Origin: an uncultured Candidatus Bathyarchaeia archaeon
Lineage (GTDB): Archaea > Thermoproteota > Bathyarchaeia > 40CM-2-53-6
Length of the DNA stretch: 64,000 nt
NCBI GenBank assembly: GCA_964559555.1
Contig: CAZLHM010000002.1
Span: 12,238 to 76,237, forward strand
Direction of reading: 5' to 3'
A program made the position numbers and the translations under genes. Below, piece by piece: positions 57,546 to 64,000 of this stretch (its first letter is position 1; the number at the start of each line of letters is the position of its first letter). The notes beneath the pieces are model-generated. The model worked only from the letters and a program-made list of their open reading frames with translations, had not been told where the DNA came from and made no database searches.

Positions 57546-59429
57546 ATGATGCGCGGAGGATATGTTGGCAAGGTACTGCGAGCGGATTTGACAAGCAGGA
57601 GATTGAAGGATGAGACTCTCATTGACTTTTTTCCCGAGAACATCTTGAGGGAATACGTCGGGTGTTTCGGGCTTGGTCTGAAGTTTCTCTACGATCATCT
57701 TCGAGTCGGCACCCGAGCCACAGACCCGGAGAACCCTCTGATCTTCATGACGGGTCCGCTCACAGGCGTGGCCTCCATACCTGCTGCCACCAACACGACC
57801 ATTGTCACGTTGAATGCTGATACTATGTTCACAGCGGGGAGGTCTCATTCTCACGGTTTCTGGGGTCCTCACCTGAAGTTTGCAGGCTATGATGGCATCA
57901 TACTGCTCGGTGCTGCAAGCCAGCCAGTGTATCTTTGGGTGAATGATGGCGACGCGGAGATCAGAGACGCGAGCAGGTTCTGGGGCAAAGACAAGGACAC
58001 TCACGAAACAGAAGACCTGATCAAGCAAGATGTCGGTGAGCCAAAGGCGAGCGTGGCCGCAATCGGCCCCGCCGGCGAGAACTTAGCTGCCGGCGCTTTG
58101 ATCGCGAATGACAAGAACCATTCATTTTCTCATTCAGGCGTCGGCGTCGTAATGGGCTCAAAGAAGCTCAAAGCCATCGCTGTGTATGGAACGAGGAGGG
58201 TACCCATTGCTGATCTCGAAAGCCTGAAGCAAGTGAGTGCGAGGTGGAAGGAGAACCTCTTCAAGAGCGAAGTGGCAAAGGGTGAAAGCAACGCAGGCGC
58301 GGGAAAAGGAAACTACGCCTATGAGAAGGAGCATTCCATCGCGTCGGGGAAGAACTTCCTTGAGGTGAACCCACCCCAATGGGGCATAGGGATGTCGGAC
58401 AACGAGTTTGTGCTCCGACCCTGTTTCGCCTGCCCGATAGCTTGCAGCTACGATGTCAAAGTCACAGCCGGGCCGTTCAAGGGATACGTCGCAACGATGA
58501 ATGGAGGAGGAGAGAACCTCGAGGGTGCCGCTTCGATATCTGGAGTCTATGAGATGGGTGCCGCGTTTTACCTATGCGACCTTTGCGACCGGTTAGGATT
58601 CGAATCAAGCACCGTTGGATGTACAATAGCTCTGGCGATCGAATGCTACGAGAAAGGTCTCCTGAAGAAAGAAGACACAGATGGCATCGAACTCACTTGG
58701 GGAGATGCTAGGCTCGTGGAAAGATTGCTGAGGATGGCATCCAGGAAAGAGGGGAGACTCGGCGAGCTACTCGTGCTCGGACCCAAGCGAGCAGCTGAGC
58801 GCATCGGTGGGGACGCACCGAAGTTCGCGATCCATGTGAAGGGTACAGGAATGAACCTTCATGATTGGAGAGCGGCATGGGGTACAATGCTCGGCCAAAT
58901 CGTTGGCGGAGGATCCTCATGGCCAGCTCACGGTGCGAACGTGTACGCTCCCGAACCCGATGTTGGATACGAGCAGTTCGTGGATCCCCTTGACCCTGAG
59001 GCTCAACCATCAGCCGTTGCTAAGACATGGCCGAAGAAGTACTGGGACGATTGCCACGGTACATGCTGGTTCTCCACATGGGGCGTTCCAGGAAGCGTTA
59101 GTCTCACGGCCGAGGCCATTGCGGCAGTGACTGGTTGGGACTTCAAGCCAGAAGAAGCGCTCAAAGTCGGCGAGAGAATGGTGCACTTGGAACGAGCGTT
59201 CAACCTGAGACTTGGGCTCAAACCGACAGATGATTATGATGTGTCTCCACGAATCGTGGAGTCGCCTCCCGCGGGAAGAGGCAAGGGCAAACCGATGGCT
59301 CCCCACGTGAAAGCAATGGTGACGGAAGTATACCGATTACTTGGCTGGGATGAGAAGACAGGCAAACCTCTCAAGAGTACGCTTCAAAAGGTCGGTCTTG
59401 GCGAGGTAGCTGACGGAATTTGGAGTTGA
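57546..59429 (+). CDS. aldehyde:ferredoxin oxidoreductase family enzyme (second copy)
   Basis: N-terminus GYVGKVLRADLTS... and ...GFGLGLKFLYD..., 627 aa. AOR family. Confidence 0.8.
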   Translation: MMRGGYVGKVLRADLTSRRLKDETLIDFFPENILREYVGCFGLGLKFLYDHLRVGTRATDPENPLIFMTGPLTGVASIPAATNTTIVTLNADTMFTAGRSHSHGFWGPHLKFAGYDGIILLGAASQPVYLWVNDGDAEIRDASRFWGKDKDTHETEDLIKQDVGEPKASVAAIGPAGENLAAGALIANDKNHSFSHSGVGVVMGSKKLKAIAVYGTRRVPIADLESLKQVSARWKENLFKSEVAKGESNAGAGKGNYAYEKEHSIASGKNFLEVNPPQWGIGMSDNEFVLRPCFACPIACSYDVKVTAGPFKGYVATMNGGGENLEGAASISGVYEMGAAFYLCDLCDRLGFESSTVGCTIALAIECYEKGLLKKEDTDGIELTWGDARLVERLLRMASRKEGRLGELLVLGPKRAAERIGGDAPKFAIHVKGTGMNLHDWRAAWGTMLGQIVGGGSSWPAHGANVYAPEPDVGYEQFVDPLDPEAQPSAVAKTWPKKYWDDCHGTCWFSTWGVPGSVSLTAEAIAAVTGWDFKPEEALKVGERMVHLERAFNLRLGLKPTDDYDVSPRIVESPPAGRGKGKPMAPHVKAMVTEVYRLLGWDEKTGKPLKSTLQKVGLGEVADGIWS

Positions 59430-59430
59430 G

Positions 59431-60204
59431 GTGCAAGACATGAAGAGACTAGAAAACAGAGTTGCCGTCGTGACGGGAGCAGCTCAAGGAAACGGAAAAG
59501 GAATAGCAAAACGGTTGGCCGAAGAAGGTGCCACCGTGATACTGACGGACGTACTAGAGAAGGTCCACGAGACCGCGAATGAGCTGAAGGTATCGGGCTG
59601 GAAAGCTGTCGGAATGAAGATGGATGTCACAAAGCATGATGACGTGAACGAGACAATCAAGGAAGTTCTTGAGCAGTTCGGGAAGATCGATATCCTTGTG
59701 AACAATGCTGGAATCTATCCAGATGAGCCTTCCATCCCTGATATGCCGGAGGACTTCTGGGACAGGATGTTCAACGTCAACGTGAAAGGCATCTTCTACT
59801 GTCTGAAAGCCGTCCTTCCAACCATGATAGAAAGAAAACAAGGCAAGATCATCAACATGTCATCTGTCACTGGACCAATGGTATCTGTCCCTCGTTCGGC
59901 TGCGTACTCGGCGACGAAAGCGGCCATCTCAGGAATGACGCGAGCTCTGGCCCTTGAGTTCGCGGAACACAACATCAACGTGAACGCAATGTGTCCTGGC
60001 TACGTCAAGACGCCGGGATCGCAATACCTAGCCGAGAAGGAAAACAAGATAGCAGCGTCGATACCACTCAGAAGGTTTGGAACCCCAGAAGATGTAGGGG
60101 ATCTAGCTGTCTTTCTGGCCTCTGACGAATCAAAGTACATAACTGGAGCAGAATTGGTGATCGATGGAGGAAATATCATACAAGAAGTCAAGACGGTTCC
60201 CTGA
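59431..60204 (+). CDS. short-chain dehydrogenase/reductase (SDR)
   Basis: VAVVTGAAQGNGKG (TGxxxGxG). NNAG. YxxxK (YSATKAA). Confidence 0.8.
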   Translation: MQDMKRLENRVAVVTGAAQGNGKGIAKRLAEEGATVILTDVLEKVHETANELKVSGWKAVGMKMDVTKHDDVNETIKEVLEQFGKIDILVNNAGIYPDEPSIPDMPEDFWDRMFNVNVKGIFYCLKAVLPTMIERKQGKIINMSSVTGPMVSVPRSAAYSATKAAISGMTRALALEFAEHNINVNAMCPGYVKTPGSQYLAEKENKIAASIPLRRFGTPEDVGDLAVFLASDESKYITGAELVIDGGNIIQEVKTVP

Positions 60205-60294
60205 ACATCAGCTCGAACAAGAAGTAGAGGCTCACCTCGCCTCTTGTCGCTCGATGGTTTGATATCAGGGCGTCGGCGTGCTTCTAGTTGCGAC

Positions 60295-61620
60295 CTAGAT
60301 TCGTCCCTGGCTCTTTGCGTCCTTGAGAACGTCTTCGAATCTGTCAGCGATCTCTTCGATCTGCTCCCGCTTTGCGTTGACAGCAGGTTTCATCTTCAGG
60401 ACATTGCCGTGTGCGCCGAATACGGGACCAGAGATCCCGATCATTAGCCCCTTGTCATAGGCCTTCTTGACGAGGTAAGCGGCTTCTTGGTTAGCAGGTT
60501 TCTTGCTCTTCCGGTCCTTCACCATCTCCATTCCTATCATCAGTCCCAAGCCCCTCACGTCTCCGATGGCAGGGTAACGCTTCGCGATCTCGTCAAGACG
60601 ATTCATCAGTATCTTGCCCATTCTGGTTGAGTTCTCAGCAAGCTTCTCCTTTTGCATTACCTCAATCATGGCCAGTGAGGCTGTGCAGGAGATGGGGTGA
60701 CCAAGCTGCGTCCACCCTATTTCCCAACCCTTCACGCTCGCATACTCCTCTGTTGCCATGGCTGCAGCAAGTGGGAATCCTCCTCCGATGGATTTCCCTA
60801 GGGTCAGAATGTCAGGTTTCAGGTGATATAGATCGGAAGCGAAGAAGCTTCCGCATCGGCAGAATCCGGTCTGGACCTCATCGACTATGAGCGCCACATC
60901 GTTCTGCGCGCAAATCTTGCAGCTGATCTCCATGGCTTTCTCTGGGGCAACGATCATCCCTCCGTTTGCTTGGACAAGCTCGAAGAACACGCCGGCCGGC
61001 TTCGAGTCCACACAGTGCCTCAGCGCAGATTCGATGAATTGTGCGCAAAAGGCATCGCAGTCAGGGTACTCCAACCCATAGTGGCAACGGTAGCAGTAGA
61101 AGTTGGGGATCCTAGTTTGTTTTGTAAGGTACCGTTCAAGACCTGTCTTGCACTCCCCAAGCATCATCGGCTCGGTGTAGCTGAGCGGAATTGTCCCGAA
61201 CGTCCTGCCGTGGAAGCTACTGTAGAACGTAACAAACTCCTGACCGCCGGTCTTCCGCATAGCAAGGTGCATCGCTGCTTCGTTCGCGCCCGCACCAGAC
61301 AACGCAAACAGTGTCTTCTTCAACTTTCCAGGTGCAATCTCCGAGAGTTTCCTAGCGAGCAGGAGCCGCGGTATAGAATCGTAGACCGGGCTGACATACT
61401 CAATCTGCTCCATCTGTTTCTTGATGGCGTCGATCACGTGTTGATTCCTGTATCCGAGATTAAGAACCCATTCCGCTGATATGGCGTCGAGGTACTCTTT
61501 GCCCGTTATGTCTTTGACATACATGCCCTCGCCTTGCACGAAGGTTATGGGAACATCTCCCATGACCTTGATCTCGTATTCCTCTCTCATCTTGCGAATC
61601 TGTTCTTGTGTCAGGGTCAC
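60295..61620 (-). CDS. class-III PLP aminotransferase
   Basis: ELVQANGGMIV...IVDEVQTGFCRCG. Confidence 0.8.
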   Translation of the reverse strand: MTLTQEQIRKMREEYEIKVMGDVPITFVQGEGMYVKDITGKEYLDAISAEWVLNLGYRNQHVIDAIKKQMEQIEYVSPVYDSIPRLLLARKLSEIAPGKLKKTLFALSGAGANEAAMHLAMRKTGGQEFVTFYSSFHGRTFGTIPLSYTEPMMLGECKTGLERYLTKQTRIPNFYCYRCHYGLEYPDCDAFCAQFIESALRHCVDSKPAGVFFELVQANGGMIVAPEKAMEISCKICAQNDVALIVDEVQTGFCRCGSFFASDLYHLKPDILTLGKSIGGGFPLAAAMATEEYASVKGWEIGWTQLGHPISCTASLAMIEVMQKEKLAENSTRMGKILMNRLDEIAKRYPAIGDVRGLGLMIGMEMVKDRKSKKPANQEAAYLVKKAYDKGLMIGISGPVFGAHGNVLKMKPAVNAKREQIEEIADRFEDVLKDAKSQGRI

Positions 61621-61646
61621 CTGAATTCACCTTCTCACGGCGCATA

Positions 61647-62681
61647 TCACGCGTTCGACTGTACTAGCGCTTTGATCAGCTCTTTGTCAGTGTGTAGTAA
61701 TTTCAAGGCTTCGCCAATTTCGTCGAGCTTGAACCTGTGAGTGATCAGCGTTTTCACGTCAAGTCTTCCGCTGGCTAACAGAGCTAGCGCTACGGGATAC
61801 TTCATTGGCGCGCCAGCCACTCCGTAGACAGAGAGCTCTTTGCTCAGGATCAGCTCTGAAGGGGGACCATGAGTCATGAGTTCCTCGGATGATCCAACCA
61901 GTAATACTCTTCCAGAATTTCTTGCGATGTAGGGGGCTATCTCGACGGTCTTCGGTGATCCGGTCGTGTCTACGACGATGTCGGCTCCACCGCGTGTAAG
62001 CTGTCCGATCTTGGCTCTGAGATCCTCCACTGAAGGATTAACTTGGTGATCGGCTCCGAATTTCTTCGAGAGAACGAGACGGCGCTGATTGACCTCCACA
62101 GCCAAGACGTTTAGGCCGGCGACCTTCGCCACCTGAGTGTGCAGGAGCCCAATAGGCCCCTGACCGAGAATGGCTATGTTCTCGCCCGGCATGGGTTTGG
62201 CATAGTCCATCGTATGCAGAGCTACGGCTGCAGGTTCCAACATCGCTGCCTCCTCAAAGGAGACCCGTTCAGGAATCTGGAAGACGTTCTTCTCAGGGGC
62301 TACTACGAACTCCGCAATTGAGCCATCGATGTGCATGCCCATGATGTTCCTGTTTTCACATACGGTGTATCTACCCTTGAGGCATGCATTGCACTTGCCG
62401 CAGTATCTGACGGGTTCAGCCGTGACTCGATCTCCAATGCGAAGAGTGGTCACATTCACTCCTACTTCAGCGACAATTCCAGAGAAGTCGTGTCCAAGGA
62501 CGAGCGGAGCGTTGACGGGGAAGTTACCGCGGTAGATGTGACTGTCGGTTCCGCAGAGGCTGCTCCACTTGACCTTGATTGAGACAGAGTCCACATCGAT
62601 CGAGGGTTCGGGCCGTTCTTCTACTCTGACATCTCCAGGCCCGTGGAACACTGCTGCCTTCAAAGTCCACTGTACCCGCAA
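61647..62681 (-). CDS. zinc-dependent alcohol/polyol dehydrogenase (MDR family)
   Basis: CGTDSH, GHDFSG, CGKCNAC structural-Zn cluster, GQGPIGL Rossmann. Confidence 0.75.
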   Translation of the reverse strand: MRVQWTLKAAVFHGPGDVRVEERPEPSIDVDSVSIKVKWSSLCGTDSHIYRGNFPVNAPLVLGHDFSGIVAEVGVNVTTLRIGDRVTAEPVRYCGKCNACLKGRYTVCENRNIMGMHIDGSIAEFVVAPEKNVFQIPERVSFEEAAMLEPAAVALHTMDYAKPMPGENIAILGQGPIGLLHTQVAKVAGLNVLAVEVNQRRLVLSKKFGADHQVNPSVEDLRAKIGQLTRGGADIVVDTTGSPKTVEIAPYIARNSGRVLLVGSSEELMTHGPPSELILSKELSVYGVAGAPMKYPVALALLASGRLDVKTLITHRFKLDEIGEALKLLHTDKELIKALVQSNA

Positions 62682-62730
62682 ACGAGCGATCTAAGTCTCG
62701 AGTCTTTGGGTTCTGAGAGATTAATGATTC

Positions 62731-63588
62731 CTATTTCTTCTCTAGACTCTTGATCGCTTCGAAAGCGATCTTCAGCACTGACTTTACTCTCCGTTCGCTC
62801 TCCCCAGGCAAGATCTCATCGTTAGTGATCATGTTCCCTGTGACACAGAAGAAGGCACCGCACTTGAGTCCTCTAAGTCTCGCAGGCACGATCGTGGCCG
62901 CTGCCTCATTCTCAACCGCGAGTACGCCGGCACGAGCGAATGTCGAGATTCTGGATAGTCTTCTTTCGGTGTGCGAGAAAGCTCTCGGTCCTCCTCCTCC
63001 GGTAGGATCTCCCATCCCTTCGTTTGTCTCAACGAAGTATGCGTCGTGGGTTCTGGTGATGCCCAGATAGTACTTCTCTCCTAGTTTCTCCGCGGCGTCA
63101 ACGAGCGCCCTCGTGACCTCAAGGCTGCAGACCGCCGGATATTCAGGAGGCATGTATTCCAAGGATGCTCCATCAGCTCTGACGCAGCCCTCCCCTATCA
63201 CGAGATCAGCAAGTTTGAGCCAGCTCTGAAGTGACCCGCAGGTTCCAAACCGTATGAACGTGTGCACACCTATGTTGGCGAGTTCCTCCACAGTCACAGA
63301 AGCCGCGGCCGATCCCCAGTTTGTTGCTGCAACTGCAACTCTGACCCCCTCGTATAGGCCGGTCCATGTTGTGTTGCCTCTGAAGTCGCCGACCATTCTC
63401 GCATCTTTCAGATGGTCGACGGCGAGTTTCCCTTTGCTTCCAAACTCATCTCTCCATACTAATGCGTACTTGCCGATGTTCTCATCTGGTCTTATTCTCA
63501 GTCCCACATCCCAAAGCATTCCAACATATCCTTGAGGAGTTGTCAGCTCATCGATTGCATACTTCTTCTTGGGTTCAGCCTTTGACAA
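62731..63588 (-). CDS. nucleoside phosphorylase (PNP/UDP family 1)-like protein
   Basis: ...AVAATNWGSAAA... and ...GTCGSL... resemble the phosphate/ribose-binding motifs of the PNP/UDP family. Confidence 0.55.
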   Translation of the reverse strand: MSKAEPKKKYAIDELTTPQGYVGMLWDVGLRIRPDENIGKYALVWRDEFGSKGKLAVDHLKDARMVGDFRGNTTWTGLYEGVRVAVAATNWGSAAASVTVEELANIGVHTFIRFGTCGSLQSWLKLADLVIGEGCVRADGASLEYMPPEYPAVCSLEVTRALVDAAEKLGEKYYLGITRTHDAYFVETNEGMGDPTGGGGPRAFSHTERRLSRISTFARAGVLAVENEAAATIVPARLRGLKCGAFFCVTGNMITNDEILPGESERRVKSVLKIAFEAIKSLEKK

Positions 63589-63943
63589 TCCACTTCGCCG
63601 TCAACGCAAAGACGGAAGATTGTATATAACGATTTCAAATCCAACAAGATGCGCTTCATTGAAGTTTCTCAATCGGATTGTTCTAGATTTCTCCAACCTA
63701 CAATTGATGACTAGCCCGATTGGCTATCGCAGACTGAATCGTACACTGACTGAATATATAGAAATCGAGCCATGTCTTGATATCGCAAGTTCAGGCAGCG
63801 TCCAGTCGAGCCGTCGAAATCAATAGCACTCAGCATGTGTTGAGCTTGCGGATCCTCTAGAGGCTCTTGACGAAGACTCTAGGAGTGTACACGTGAATTC
63901 CCTGAAAGGAAGCGAGCGATGATGGTGCGGAGCTGAAGGACAG

Positions 63944-64000
63944 ATGAGGAAAGCAATCGTGGGATACTTCGACCTTTGTACGGGTTGCGGGATCTGCGAA
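63944..64000 (+). CDS. N-terminal fragment of a CxxCxxC iron-sulfur protein (runs off window)
   Basis: ATG at 63944. MRKAIVGYFDLCTGCGICE is a ferredoxin-type cluster motif. Confidence 0.3.
   Translation, partial: MRKAIVGYFDLCTGCGICE

Noticed and set aside
1-64000. CRISPR arrays, rRNA genes, transposases/IS elements
   Set aside because: No regularly spaced direct repeats, no rRNA-like conserved blocks and no transposase or integrase-like ORFs were seen while reading through.

Overview
The window is archaeal. It carries diphthine synthase, a CTP-type riboflavin kinase next to a RibL-like FAD synthase, and an intron-bearing tRNA, which supports this call. GC is moderate (about 50%). It splits into four parts. 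(1) 1-5000: minus-strand housekeeping operon (ribL-like, small protein, dphB, M29 aminopeptidase) with ribK and an FTR1/EfeU iron permease. (2) 5044-9480: a tRNA with several introns, followed directly by a small accessory island. The island holds a 403-aa protein of unknown function placed 18 nt before a HEPN-like gene, a complete AbiEi/AbiEii pair with an inverted-repeat operator over the abiEi start, a wHTH-nucleotidyltransferase (MNT) gene and a possible truncated HEPN remnant. No integrase or att repeat was found. (3) 9478-12690: a 1070-aa multi-PAS/GAF sensor histidine kinase. (4) 12.7-63.6 kb: a very dense catabolic supercluster for N-heterocycle / amide / amino compounds. It contains 5 amidohydrolase-superfamily enzymes (a hydantoinase plus 4 TRZ/ATZ-like members), 2 carbon-nitrogen hydrolases, 2 isochorismatase-like hydrolases, a creatininase-family enzyme, 2 creatinase/prolidase-like M24 paralogs, DUF1989, a PTPS-like protein, a three-subunit xanthine-dehydrogenase-family Mo hydroxylase, 2 tungsten-type AORs, 3 class-III aminotransferases, a DegT aminotransferase, 2 cupins, 3 xylose-isomerase-like TIM barrels, 2 Zn-ADHs, an SDR, a Gfo/Idh/MocA enzyme, a URO-D-like protein, an ECF transporter and an APC permease. 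Embedded at 19.7-23.7 kb is a three-gene glycyl-radical enzyme system built like 4-hydroxyphenylacetate decarboxylase (about 900-aa catalytic subunit, 94-aa Cys-rich small subunit, radical-SAM activase) whose catalytic loop reads GCLQ, not GCxE. The strongest candidates for new biology are the unknown+HEPN module beside the tRNA and the archaeal HPAD-like glycyl-radical system with the variant active-site loop. No CRISPR array, rRNA or transposase was seen. All calls rest on reading motifs by eye, with no database search.
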